Below, one piece after another: positions 49,003 to 59,269 of a stretch of DNA of 64,000 bases; the first letter of the stretch is position 1, and each line of letters starts with the position of its first letter. The notes below the pieces were generated by a model. It saw nothing but the letters and a program-made list of their open reading frames with translations, was not told the origin of the DNA and searched no databases. Origin of the DNA: Prosthecobacter sp. (lineage in GTDB: Bacteria > Verrucomicrobiota > Verrucomicrobiia > Verrucomicrobiales > Verrucomicrobiaceae); NCBI RefSeq assembly GCF_021733925.1, contig NZ_JAIPJY010000022.1; one strand, written 5' to 3'. A program made the position numbers and the translations under genes.

Positions 49003-50613
49003 ATGCTTACTCTTCGCGACGTCACCAAGACCTTTAACGCCCGCACGCTGTTTAGCGCTGCGTCGATGACCATCAACTATGGGGAGCGGGTGGCGCTGGT
49101 GGGGCCGAATGGGGCGGGGAAATCGACGTTGTTTTCGCTGATTTTGAAGACGGACACTCCGGATGCGGGTGAGGTGATCCGGGATGAGTGGACGACGGTG
49201 GGATTTCTGCCGCAGGAGAGTGAGCCGATTGGCAATGAGACGGTGCTGGAAGTGGCGACGGGCAAGGCGGGGGAGATTGAGGCGCTGGAGAAGATTTTGC
49301 GTGATTTTGAGGCTGTGGGTGATGTTTCCAGCCCGGAATACTTTGAGGCGCATGCGAAGCATGATGCGCTGCAGGACCCGCAGACTGAGGCGAAGGCGAA
49401 GCGCATCCTGAAGGGATTGGGATATAAGGAGGAGGATTTTTCGAGGCCGGCGCGTGAGTTTAGCGGTGGCTGGGTGATGCGTGCGCACATGACGCGGCTG
49501 CTGGTGATGGAGCCGGATCTGCTGCTGCTGGATGAGCCGACGAACCATCTGGACCTGCTGTCGCTGATGTGGTTCCGGAATTACCTGAAAAATTATCCGG
49601 GGGCGCTGCTGATCATCTCGCATGACCGTGACTTCATGGATGAGCTGGTGCAGCAGGTGTATGAGATCGAGGAGGGCAAGCTGCAGGCGTACCAGGGGAA
49701 CTACAGTGACTACCTGAAGCAGCGCGAGGAGAATTACGAGCGTGCGATGCAGTCGTACAAGAATCAGCAGAAGGAGATCGAGGCGATTCAGGATTTCATT
49801 GACCGGTTCCGGTCGGTGGCATCAAAGGCGTCCCAGGCGCAGAGCCGTGAGAAGCAGCTGGCGAAGATGGACAAGCTGGACAAGCCGCGGCCGCTGCGGA
49901 AGGGCTTCCGCTTTAATTTCCCGCAGCCGCAGCGGAGCGGGCAGCGGCTGATCGCGCTGACGGACATTCATCAGGCGTATGGGACGAAGAAGGTGTACAC
50001 GGGGCTGGATCTGGAAGTGGAGCGTGGTGAGCGGACGGTGCTGGTGGGGCCGAACGGGAGCGGGAAATCGACGCTGATCAAGATTTTGGCGGGTGAGGTG
50101 CCGTTTCAGAAGGGTGAGCGCAGGCTGGGGACGAATGTGAAGCTGGGGTATTTTTCGCAGCATCGGGCGGATACTTTGGACCCGGACTGCAGTGTGCTGG
50201 AGGAGCTGAAGCGTGTGGCGCCTGAGCTGCGTGAGGATGAGGCGCGGAGCATTCTGGGGAGCTTCCTGTTCAAGCGTGAGGACGTGCACAAGAAGTGCCG
50301 GGTGCTGAGCGGTGGTGAGAAGAGCCGGGTGAACTTGGTGAAGTTCTTGGTGGATCCGCCGAACCTGCTGCTGATGGACGAGCCGACGACGCATCTGGAC
50401 ATCTGGGCGATTGAGGGGCTGATTCTGGCGCTGCAGAAGTTTGAGGGGACGCTGGTGTTCATCAGCCATGACGTGCATTTCATTCGGTCGCTGGCGACGA
50501 AGGTGCTGCATATTGTGGATGGGAAGGTGACGGCGTATTCGGGGGACTATGATTACTACCTGCAGAAGACGGGCGCGGAGGAGAATGCGCGGGCGGCGGT
50601 GGTGGCGGGGTAG
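49003..50613 (+). CDS. ABC-F family ATPase
   Basis: Two NBDs (GPNGAGKST, FSGGW, LLLDEPTNHL; GPNGSGKST, LSGGE, DEPTTHL), interdomain linker, no TM segment. Confidence 0.95.
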   Translation: MLTLRDVTKTFNARTLFSAASMTINYGERVALVGPNGAGKSTLFSLILKTDTPDAGEVIRDEWTTVGFLPQESEPIGNETVLEVATGKAGEIEALEKILRDFEAVGDVSSPEYFEAHAKHDALQDPQTEAKAKRILKGLGYKEEDFSRPAREFSGGWVMRAHMTRLLVMEPDLLLLDEPTNHLDLLSLMWFRNYLKNYPGALLIISHDRDFMDELVQQVYEIEEGKLQAYQGNYSDYLKQREENYERAMQSYKNQQKEIEAIQDFIDRFRSVASKASQAQSREKQLAKMDKLDKPRPLRKGFRFNFPQPQRSGQRLIALTDIHQAYGTKKVYTGLDLEVERGERTVLVGPNGSGKSTLIKILAGEVPFQKGERRLGTNVKLGYFSQHRADTLDPDCSVLEELKRVAPELREDEARSILGSFLFKREDVHKKCRVLSGGEKSRVNLVKFLVDPPNLLLMDEPTTHLDIWAIEGLILALQKFEGTLVFISHDVHFIRSLATKVLHIVDGKVTAYSGDYDYYLQKTGAEENARAAVVAG

Positions 50614-51074
50614 GGCGGAAGCAAAATTGCAAACTGAGAACTGAAAACTGGGAATTGTAAATGAGCCGGAGGGGGAGGTCTTCGCGTGAGCGTGAGGGAT
50701 GCGACTTTGCGGTGGCGCTGGGCTCATCTCGGCGGAGCGAGATGGCTACTGTACCGGGGCGGAGGAGAATGCGCGGGCGGCGGTGGTGGCTGGTTAAGAA
50801 ATGACGAATGAGTAAATCCGAATGACGAATAACGGAGCCGCCAGAAGGCGGAGGAGGTGGACGCAAAGAGGGGCAAAAAGATGGGACTCTTTTTTTGAGA
50901 ATCTGCTTTGCGCTTTTTGCGACTGACTTCCTACGGAAGAACGGGGCGGAAGGGCGGTTGGTGGACGTTCGTCCGGAACCGCCTAAAGGCGGAACTACAA
51001 TACTTACGCTGGGTTTGCGGGGTCGGGGAGCAGGTGTGCGCCTTCGGAAACCGCACACGGAGTGTGCGGACCAC
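50614..51074 (+). repeat. Mosaic repeat region containing a synonymous duplicate of the ABC-F 3' end (50753-50797), two heptamer arrays and three REP-like palindromes
   Basis: AAACTGA-type array 50624-50658; REP 50725-50749; AATGACG-type array 50800-50834; REPs 50979-50998 and 51051-51074. Confidence 0.85.
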
Positions 51075-51140
51075 TTCACGCTGGGTGGGCGGCAGCCGAA
51101 TGATCGGATCCCGGACCTGTTGCGGCGCAACTGGGCTGCT

Positions 51141-54100
51141 TTATTTCGGGAGGGCGGGGACGAGGAGCTTGGCGCGGTCCACGGCGTCGCGGTCTTTGGG
51201 GCGGAAGCGGATGAGTTCGCGGGCGGCGGCGGGGGAGCCCTGCTGTTTGAGGGAATCGAGGTATTCGTCGAAGGACTGGCGCTCGAAGGGGGAGAGAGGG
51301 CGGGTGGAGGCGGTGGCGAGGAGCCAGCGGGCCCAAGTGACGGCGGTTTCTTCGCCTTTGGCGGGGGTTTTGGGGATGGCGGCGACGGCGGCTTCGTAGT
51401 CGTCGAGGGAGACATCTTCGAGGTTGCCTGCGGGATTTAAATGTACGCGGGCGAGGCCTTCGGCGAACTTGAGGAACCACTCGGGCAAGGGGGTGCCTTT
51501 GGGGGGCATGGGGGAGGTGAAGAAGCCGTGGCCGGCAATGCGGAAGAGGACGCTGCTGCCGTCTTCTGAGACGCGGGCGACGACGATGCCTTCTTCGTCA
51601 TCGCTGGTGCGCGGGGTGTCGCGGATGCCGGGGGTGAGGGCGTCTCCGGTGCGGAGTTCCCAGACGCGGAGTTCGCCTTCATCGGTGACGGTGACGAGAC
51701 GCTGATCATCGGGGCTGAGTGCAATCACCGGCACATAGGAGCGATGCTGCATGGTGACGATGTTTTGGCGGGTGGCGATGTCCCAGACGCGCACGGCGCG
51801 ATCGCGGCCGGAGGTGATGAGGAGTTTTTCGTCCTGGGTGAGGGTGACGGCACCGACGGCGGGCGGATGAAGGAAGGGCTTGCCGATGGGCTTGAGGGTC
51901 CTGGCATCGTAGATGAAGACGGTGCCGTCGGGATCGGCGGCGGCGTACATGGTTTTTTTGCGATTGGCGCCACCGGCTTCGGAGAAACGGAGCTGTTCGG
52001 GGGAATTGTCGGGGCCTTTGATGCGGGTGATGAGGTTCTTGTCGAGAACGTCGACGAATTTGCGGCCTGACATGCGCTCGTGGACATCCCAGACCTGGAC
52101 GAAGGGAACGCCGCCGGGAGCGAGGACGAGGAGAGAGCCGTCGCGGGTGAATTTGGCATCCTTGACGGTGTGATCGATGTGGGAGGACACGAGGGATCCG
52201 GTTTGAATGTCGAACACGCTGACATCGCCATGTCTTGAAATGGTGGTGATGAGGCTGGTGTCCATCGCTGGCGTGGCTTTGAGGATTTCACCGTCATGCT
52301 TGCGGATGGGGAAACGAAGCTTGCCGTTGATGGGATTCCAGATGTGGACGTAACCGCCGGCGTCACCGACGACGACGGAGCGGCCATCGGCGCTGAAGGC
52401 CAGGGAAGTCACTGAGGACGGATGCATGAGAGGCAGCTTCATCTCCTCCGTGCGGAAGTTGCCGACAAAGACTTCGCCTGTGTTCATGCCGAGGGCGATG
52501 AGTTCTTGAACGGGCTCGATGGCGACGTGCAGGAGACCTTTGTCCACCTCGATGGGTTTGCCGACGGCTTGTCCGAGACGCAGATCCCAGGTGGTGGCGG
52601 AGCCTTCAGGGCCCGTGGGGTCGATGAGGCTGCCGCTGAAAATGGAGGCGGCAAAGACGCCGTCGTTGTCCACGGCGATCTCGCCGACGACGCCTTTTTG
52701 CTTCATGACGACGGCGGGGTCCTGAGGCTGGCGGAGGTCCCAGAGGTGGATGGAGCCCATGCCCTCCGCATTGGAGGGATCGATCTCGCTGCCGGCGAGG
52801 AGCTTGGTGCCGTTGCCGGAGAAGGCGATGCAGGTGACGATGCTCGGCATGCGCGGCTGGAGATTGCGGCGCTTGCCGTCTTTGAGGGTCCAGAGTTCGA
52901 CGTTGCCGTCTTCGCGTGCGACGACGACCTGCTGGCCGTCGGGGGTGACATCGAGGCAGGTGATCTCCACGCCGGGGGGGACGGGGTGGTCGGTGCGCTC
53001 GCCGGTTTTCATGTCCCAGACGGAAATGACTTCACGCCGAGGCAGCCGAACTGGCACCGGCGTGGCCGTGGATTTGGGCTGGATGAAGGAGGCTGCAATC
53101 ACCTTGTTTGTCTCACGACTGACGGCGACCTTGGCGGCTTCCACGGCGCCTTCAGGCAAAGCGAGGGGAGCGGTGTCGGGACGGATGAGGTGAACGTTGG
53201 CCAGGAGCGAGAGCAGGTTGGTGGAGGAGAGCTCGTTGGCAGGATCGGTGCGCAAGGAGCGGGCGAGGTAGGCGACGGCGTCGTTGTACTGGCCGCGCTC
53301 GGTGAACTGACGGGCCATCTGCTCGTCGGAGCGGCTGAAGGATTTCTTGAGGTTTTCGCGGCCGAGTTCGGCTTCGATACGGTTGTGCTCTGCCTTGACG
53401 TACAAGGCGGTGCTGGTGATGCCGCCGATCAGCACGGCAAGGGAGATGGCCACTGCAGCGGCCACGCCCACACGATGACGGCGCACAAACTTCGTGATGA
53501 GATAACGCCGGCTGGGCGGACGCGCGGTGATGGGCTCGAAGCTGAGGTAGCGAGTGATGTCGTCGGCGAGATCGTCCGCGCTGCCGTAGCGGCGGTCGGG
53601 ATCGCGTTCGAGTGCCTTGAGCGCAATCCAGTCGAGATCGCCCTGCACGGTGGGCTCGATGGTGGAGGGCTTGGGGGGATCTTTTTCCGCGAGATCGCGC
53701 AGCAGCACATGGATGGGCTTGGCAGCGATGTCGGCAGGGGTGATGAGTGCGCGACCGCAAATGAGTTCAAAGAAGACGCCGCCTAGTGCATAGACGTCTG
53801 AGCGAGTGTCCACAAACGAACTGCCGTTTTCGATCTGCTCGGGGCTGATGTAGCCCGGGGTGCCGACGAGTTGATCGACGCCGGTGGCAATGGTGTGGCC
53901 GGAGCCTTCACCTTCCATGACCTTGGCAATGCCGAAGTCGATGACTTTGGGGACGGCCTTGCCCGCCTCGTCCATCACCATGATGTTGCCGGGCTTGATG
54001 TCGCGATGGATGATCCCTTTTTGATGGGCGTGATTCACGGCACGGCAGACGGGAATGAAGAGCGCGAGGCGCTGACGCAGATCGAGGCCGTTCTGCTTGC

Positions 54101-54893
54101 AGTAGCTGGTGATGGAGCGGCCCTTGACCAGTTCCATCACGAAATAAGGCGCACCAATGTCTGTTTCACCCGCGTCCAGAATGCGGGCGATGTTGGGATG
54201 CTCCATGATGGCGAGCGTGCGCTGCTCAATGGCGAAACGGCCGAGGATGTCGGAGGAGGTGACGCCGGCTTTGACGATCTTGATTGCCACGATGCGGTGA
54301 ATGGGCTTCACCTGCTCGGCGCGATAAACGACGCCGAAGCCACCTTCGCCGAGCTTGTCGAGCAGGCGGTAGCGGTCGCCGATCCAGCCGTCGTTGCCGG
54401 TGAGGGACTCCATGTGGGAGCGCGGCTTCGAGGTGGTGCCCATCGAAGCCATGGAACTGGCGGTGGCGGCAGGCAGCCCACCGTGGCTCGGCATGGTCGA
54501 AGCACCGGGAAGTGTGGCGGCACCGGGCAACGGCGCGGACTTGCCGGTCGGGATGGCTATCGTCTGATCCTCCGGACCCAGCGTGATGTTGCCTGTATCC
54601 AAATTCGGCGAAAACTTTTGCTGCGACCCCATCGTCGCCGCTGGCAGGCTGCGGCTTGGATTCGGGATGGCGATGGTCATGTCCTCGGGACCCAGGGTGA
54701 TATTGCCCGTGGGTGTCTCCTCGGCTGGCTCCGGTGTGGCGAGCGGCTTGCCGGGTTTGAGATTGGGGATCGTAATCGTCCTGTCGTCAGGCCCCATCGT
54801 GACCATTCCAGTCGGTGTCTCTTCGGGTGGCATGAACTTTGCATCCTTGTTTTCCGAGGATGGTGGTTCTGGTTGGGCCGGATCAGGATTCAC
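51141..54893 (-). CDS. Hanks-type Ser/Thr protein kinase with TM segment and WD40 repeats
   Basis: LGEGGFGVVY, VAIK, HRDIKPGN, DFGIAK, GTPGYISPEQ, SDVYALG; WD repeats e.g. SGRDRAVRVWD; start could be 54833. Confidence 0.95.
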   Translation of the reverse strand: MNPDPAQPEPPSSENKDAKFMPPEETPTGMVTMGPDDRTITIPNLKPGKPLATPEPAEETPTGNITLGPEDMTIAIPNPSRSLPAATMGSQQKFSPNLDTGNITLGPEDQTIAIPTGKSAPLPGAATLPGASTMPSHGGLPAATASSMASMGTTSKPRSHMESLTGNDGWIGDRYRLLDKLGEGGFGVVYRAEQVKPIHRIVAIKIVKAGVTSSDILGRFAIEQRTLAIMEHPNIARILDAGETDIGAPYFVMELVKGRSITSYCKQNGLDLRQRLALFIPVCRAVNHAHQKGIIHRDIKPGNIMVMDEAGKAVPKVIDFGIAKVMEGEGSGHTIATGVDQLVGTPGYISPEQIENGSSFVDTRSDVYALGGVFFELICGRALITPADIAAKPIHVLLRDLAEKDPPKPSTIEPTVQGDLDWIALKALERDPDRRYGSADDLADDITRYLSFEPITARPPSRRYLITKFVRRHRVGVAAAVAISLAVLIGGITSTALYVKAEHNRIEAELGRENLKKSFSRSDEQMARQFTERGQYNDAVAYLARSLRTDPANELSSTNLLSLLANVHLIRPDTAPLALPEGAVEAAKVAVSRETNKVIAASFIQPKSTATPVPVRLPRREVISVWDMKTGERTDHPVPPGVEITCLDVTPDGQQVVVAREDGNVELWTLKDGKRRNLQPRMPSIVTCIAFSGNGTKLLAGSEIDPSNAEGMGSIHLWDLRQPQDPAVVMKQKGVVGEIAVDNDGVFAASIFSGSLIDPTGPEGSATTWDLRLGQAVGKPIEVDKGLLHVAIEPVQELIALGMNTGEVFVGNFRTEEMKLPLMHPSSVTSLAFSADGRSVVVGDAGGYVHIWNPINGKLRFPIRKHDGEILKATPAMDTSLITTISRHGDVSVFDIQTGSLVSSHIDHTVKDAKFTRDGSLLVLAPGGVPFVQVWDVHERMSGRKFVDVLDKNLITRIKGPDNSPEQLRFSEAGGANRKKTMYAAADPDGTVFIYDARTLKPIGKPFLHPPAVGAVTLTQDEKLLITSGRDRAVRVWDIATRQNIVTMQHRSYVPVIALSPDDQRLVTVTDEGELRVWELRTGDALTPGIRDTPRTSDDEEGIVVARVSEDGSSVLFRIAGHGFFTSPMPPKGTPLPEWFLKFAEGLARVHLNPAGNLEDVSLDDYEAAVAAIPKTPAKGEETAVTWARWLLATASTRPLSPFERQSFDEYLDSLKQQGSPAAARELIRFRPKDRDAVDRAKLLVPALPK

Positions 54894-55046
54894 GAGGAAA
54901 AAAGAAAATACGACGGCACTGTTTCAGAGAACCGCGCTGCGGGCAAGCCTTGTAAGCTGAGAGAAGCAAAAAGGTTGGACCCTTTCATTTGCTTATGTTT
55001 GCATGCAGTCATCTTCTGACGGCAAAGTTTCCCTACGTACATTCCA

Positions 55047-56246
55047 ATGACCCCGCAACTAGGCTACATCTCCCACGGCAGGCTCTATCTCAAATCGATC
55101 GGAGGCGGCGAGGAGGAGATTGTTTCGGAATTCAGCAGCAATTTGAAGAAGAGGCTGCAAAGCGTGCAGGACCGGCAGGGCTTTCGCGGAGGTGGCAGCG
55201 GTGCGGGATTTATGCGGGGAGGAATGCCCACTGGCGAACCGGCCAGTGTCGAGGATACTTTTCACAGCGAGTTTTCCTGCGCAGGCTGTCAGGATGGACA
55301 CATTTGCTATGCGATTGATGCCAATGAAGTGCGTGCCCTGTTTGAATACGATCCGGGCGAAAAGTACGAACGCCGCCTTCTGCATGGCCCGAAACATCGT
55401 TTCAGTTCGATTTCCACACGCCGAAGTGAAGACATGCCGGAATGGCTGCTGGCGGCGGCGCAGGACCATGGTGTGAGCCGCATCTGCCTGTTCAAACCTG
55501 AAGCGGGCGGTGGCGGGTTGATGGAACTTACCGAAGGGGATTCGCTGGACACTTTTCCGGTCTGGGAGCCTGGCACTGCGCGGTCGTTGGTTTATCAAAC
55601 GTGTGGGATCGCCCGCCAGGCGAACACGCATGCGTGGGCAGGGTTGGGACCGGCGACGTTGCATCGTTTGAATCTGGACTCCGGAGCCATGGAAACCGTG
55701 GCGGAGGATGTGCGGTATGATTTTCTATGCCCTTCGTTTTCACCCGAGGGAACGCTGTATTACCTGCGCAGGCCGTATGAGCCCTTTCATACGCCGTCGT
55801 TTTGGAACATCCTCAAAGACATCGTTCTGTTTCCGTTCCGGCTGGTCAGGGCTGTCTTCGGATTTTTGAATGTCTTTTCGATGTTGTTTTCGGGGAAGCC
55901 TTTGCAAACAGCGGGCAAACCACCGCAACCGCAGACGGCTGATCCCAAGGCTGTTTTTCTGCATGGCCGCTGGGTCAACATGGAGAAGGCGATGCGCCAT
56001 GCCGCCCAGGATGAGCTGAGCAATTTTGTTCCGCGCAACTGGCAGCTCATGCGGCATCTGCCGAATGGTGATGCCAAAGTCGTCTGCGAAGGAGTGATGG
56101 CGTATGCGGTAGGAGCGAATGAAACGGTCTATTTTTCCAACGGCTCAGGTGTTTATGTGCAGAAGGATGGAAGTTCCAAACCTGAAAAAGTGAGTGATCG
56201 GAAACTTGTGACGTCGCTGTTTGTGCGTGACACGGCTCGCACTTGA
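55047..56246 (+). CDS. Hypothetical protein with TolB/PD40-like segments and an internal hydrophobic stretch
   Basis: 399-aa ORF; DTFPVW, CPSFSPEGTLYY; function not recognised. Confidence 0.65.
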   Translation: MTPQLGYISHGRLYLKSIGGGEEEIVSEFSSNLKKRLQSVQDRQGFRGGGSGAGFMRGGMPTGEPASVEDTFHSEFSCAGCQDGHICYAIDANEVRALFEYDPGEKYERRLLHGPKHRFSSISTRRSEDMPEWLLAAAQDHGVSRICLFKPEAGGGGLMELTEGDSLDTFPVWEPGTARSLVYQTCGIARQANTHAWAGLGPATLHRLNLDSGAMETVAEDVRYDFLCPSFSPEGTLYYLRRPYEPFHTPSFWNILKDIVLFPFRLVRAVFGFLNVFSMLFSGKPLQTAGKPPQPQTADPKAVFLHGRWVNMEKAMRHAAQDELSNFVPRNWQLMRHLPNGDAKVVCEGVMAYAVGANETVYFSNGSGVYVQKDGSSKPEKVSDRKLVTSLFVRDTART

Positions 56247-56274
56247 AACGGCGGAGGTAATTTAAAACAATATG

Positions 56275-56610
56275 TAATTCTACTTTGGTAAGTTATCGGG
56301 GCTGTGGGGGGCTGGCGGTACGCCCTGAGCGCGGCGGAGCTTCTTGCAAACGCTGCTGGTGGACGTGGTGTGTGGCGAAGGCGCAGGGTTGGCTTCCCGG
56401 TGATTGTCGTCCGGTACCAGGGTAGCCTCGCTGAGGCTCGGCAACCCTTCGCTTTGATGCGCAGTCCCGTTGGGACTGGTGAAAAGCGGAAGGGAATGAG
56501 GAAAGACCATGGCACCCTGCCAAGAGCATTCCACGGCGTAAGATGTGATGCCGCAGGAAAGACATCCCGATGGATTTTAAGCCCTCTGATAACTTACCAA
56601 AGTAGAAGTA
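56275..56610. mobile_element. MITE-like element with 20-bp perfect terminal inverted repeats, enclosing copy 2 of the 215-bp repeat
   Basis: TTCTACTTTGGTAAGTTATC (56278-56297) and GATAACTTACCAAAGTAGAA (56588-56607); TA at both outer ends; no coding capacity. Confidence 0.65.
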
Positions 56611-56660
56611 AGTGGCCCTACAGGCGCTTTCGCCGGAAGGAGCTAAAGCTCCTGAGTACT

Positions 56661-58865
56661 TTACTTGAAGCGGCGGAGGCGGAGGCTGTTTAGAATCACT
56701 GAGACACTGCTCAAGGACATCGCCACGCTCGCGATCATGGGATTGAGCTGCCAGCCGGTGAAGGGATAGAGGATGCCGGCGGCGAGAGGGATGCCGAGGC
56801 CATTGTATAAAAACGCGAACATGAGGTTCTGGCGGATGACCTTCATGGTTGCGTGACTGAGGGCGAAGGCCTGATGCAGGGCGTGGAGATCTCCTTTCAC
56901 GAGGGTGACGGAGGCGCTCTGGATGGCTACTTCGGTGCCGGTGCCCATAGCGATGCCGACATCGGCTGCGGCAAGGGCGGGCGCATCATTGATGCCGTCG
57001 CCGGCGAAGGCGACATGGCGGTCTTTGCCGCGTGCCTGATAGACGTGGAGCAGTTTTTCCTTGGGTGAGACCTCGGCGGCGACTTCGTCGATGTTCAGAT
57101 CTTTGGCGACGCGCTGCGCGGTGGCGAGGGCGTCTCCGGTGATCATCTGCAATTTCATGCCGAGCGCGTGCAGCGCGGCGATGGCGGGCGGGGCGGACTC
57201 CTTGATCTTGTCTTTGATGGCAATGAGGCCGAGCGGCTTCTCGTTGAGCACGACGACCACGACGGTGCAGCCGTCCTCCTGCATTTTGACCGAGTGGGCG
57301 TGGCACTCGGTGCTGACCAAGACGCCGTTCTTTTTCAAGAAGGCCTCCTGACCGATGAAGACCTCACTTTCACCGACATTTCCCAGCACGCCGCCGCCGG
57401 TGACTGACTGGAAATCGGTGACGGCAGCGATGGGGATGCTGCGCTCCTTGGCAGCATTCACGATGGCGGTGGCGAGGGGGTGCTCGCTCATGGATTCAAC
57501 GGCGGCGGCGCAGGCGAGGAGATCGCGGGCGGAGAGGCCGGGGAGTGGGAAGACTTCTGTGACTGACGGTTTGCCCTCGGTGAGGGTGCCGGTTTTGTCG
57601 AGCATCACGATGTCGATGTCGTGCAGGCGTTCGAGAGTTTCGGCGTTTTTGATGAGCACGCCGAGCTGTGCGCCACGGCCGAGGCCGACGGTGACGGCCA
57701 TGGGGGTGGCGAGGCCGAGGGCGCAGGGGCAGGCGATGATGAGGACGGCGACCGCATTGACGACGGCGAAGGCAAACGAGGGCTGCGGACCGAACTGCCA
57801 CCAGAGGAGAAAGGTGAGGGCTGCCACGCCCACGACTGCAGGAACAAACCAGGAGGACACACGATCTGCGAGACGCTGCACAGGTGCGCGGCTGGCCTGA
57901 GCCTTGGCGGTCATTTCCACGATCTGACTCAGGAGGGTGTTCGCGCCGACGCGTTCTGCACGCATGAGGAAGGTGCCGCTGCCATTCACGGTGCCGCCGG
58001 TCACTGCGGCGTTTGCTTCCTTTTTCTGCGGCATGGATTCACCGGTGAGCATGGATTCATCCACGGTGGAGCTGCCTTCGGTCACGATGCCATCGACAGG
58101 AACACGTGAGCCGGGCTTGATGCGGAGGACATCGCCGATTTGGATGTCATCGACCAGAGTTTCGATCTCCTCACCGTCGCGAACGAGCCATGCGGATTTC
58201 GGGGCGAGATTCATCAGGGCGCGAATCGCGGAGCCGGTGGCTTTGCGGGCGCGCAGTTCGAGCAGCTGGCCGAGGAGGACGAGGACGGTGATGACGGCGG
58301 CGCTTTCAAAGTAGAGCACCATGCCCGCGTGTCCGGCCTGGTGCGGCAGCAGGTGCGGTGCCGCGAGCGCCACGGTGCTGTAGAGCCACGCCGCGAGCAC
58401 GCCGAGGCCGATGAGGGTGAACATGTTGAAGCGCAGGGTGCGCAAGGAACTGGCAAAGCGCACGAGCAAGGGCCAGCCGACCCAGAACACCACGGGAGTG
58501 GCCCACACGAACTGCATCCAACCGGAGGCTTCGTGGGGAATGTCGCGAATGACGGGCAGGTTCATGCCCATCGAGAGCAGGACCACGGGCGCGGTCATGG
58601 CGGTGCTCCAGCGCACGCGCCACCAAAGATCGATCACTTCATCATCACCGCCGTCACCACAGCATTCGGGCTCGTTGCGGTGTGCGAGGGGATTTTTTTC
58701 CAAGGCCATGCCGCAGTGCGGGCATGCGCCGGGTTTGTCGGAACGCACGCCCTCGCACATCGGGCAGATGTAGGCTGCCGGTGGCAGGCTTTCCTTCACA
58801 GCAGCGGCTGGCTGCGCCTCTTCCGGGGCGCAGTGCGGGCAGGATTTCGGTGCATTGGGAAGCAT
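56661..58865 (-). CDS. copA: Heavy-metal (Cu+-type, P1B-1) P-type ATPase with N-terminal Cys-rich metal-binding domain
   Basis: YICPMC..PGACPHCGMAL; TGES, IACPCALGLATP, DKTGT, SEHP, GDGIND, YN and MxxSS motifs. Confidence 0.93.
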   Translation of the reverse strand: MLPNAPKSCPHCAPEEAQPAAAVKESLPPAAYICPMCEGVRSDKPGACPHCGMALEKNPLAHRNEPECCGDGGDDEVIDLWWRVRWSTAMTAPVVLLSMGMNLPVIRDIPHEASGWMQFVWATPVVFWVGWPLLVRFASSLRTLRFNMFTLIGLGVLAAWLYSTVALAAPHLLPHQAGHAGMVLYFESAAVITVLVLLGQLLELRARKATGSAIRALMNLAPKSAWLVRDGEEIETLVDDIQIGDVLRIKPGSRVPVDGIVTEGSSTVDESMLTGESMPQKKEANAAVTGGTVNGSGTFLMRAERVGANTLLSQIVEMTAKAQASRAPVQRLADRVSSWFVPAVVGVAALTFLLWWQFGPQPSFAFAVVNAVAVLIIACPCALGLATPMAVTVGLGRGAQLGVLIKNAETLERLHDIDIVMLDKTGTLTEGKPSVTEVFPLPGLSARDLLACAAAVESMSEHPLATAIVNAAKERSIPIAAVTDFQSVTGGGVLGNVGESEVFIGQEAFLKKNGVLVSTECHAHSVKMQEDGCTVVVVVLNEKPLGLIAIKDKIKESAPPAIAALHALGMKLQMITGDALATAQRVAKDLNIDEVAAEVSPKEKLLHVYQARGKDRHVAFAGDGINDAPALAAADVGIAMGTGTEVAIQSASVTLVKGDLHALHQAFALSHATMKVIRQNLMFAFLYNGLGIPLAAGILYPFTGWQLNPMIASVAMSLSSVSVILNSLRLRRFK

Positions 58866-59034
58866 TGCAGCGGTAAGGTAGCCGCACAAACAACGCCATC
58901 TCCAGCCGATTCTTGGCGAAAGGTGGTTGATGGACGGGGTTATAGGTGAGGTAGACTGCCGCAGGCAACACGAAGGGCGAGCGCCGTGGGCCAAGGGTTA
59001 GGGGGCAGCCCATCCTGGCGGAGGGTGTCTGTCG

Positions 59035-59269
59035 CCCCCTCACCCCGGCCCTTTGACTTCGTCTATCTCCGCTGCGCTCCGGTTCCCCGAAGAAAAAGAT
59101 TTGTTATTGTCGTCTTGTCAGGGGCGGGGAGAGGGAGAACCGCTTTGGCTGCCCTGAATTTATCGGACACGGTCAGCGTTCACGAAGGGAACAGCATAAG
59201 TCGGAAGCCCAGAACGGGCTGAGGCCCGAACTACGTACAAAGAAGCGGACCGGCTAAAGCCGGGACTAC
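59035..59269 (+). repeat. Mosaic of repeat remnants plus two REP palindromes
   Basis: CCCCCTCACCCCGGCCCT (59035-59052) and GGGGAGAGGGA (59126-59136) split by about 70 bp; REPs at 59215 and 59250. Confidence 0.6.

Noticed and set aside
56275-56297. TAATTCTACT resembles the start of Cas12a direct repeats
   Set aside because: Occurs only as one inverted pair, lacks the GTAGAT stem partner, and has no array.
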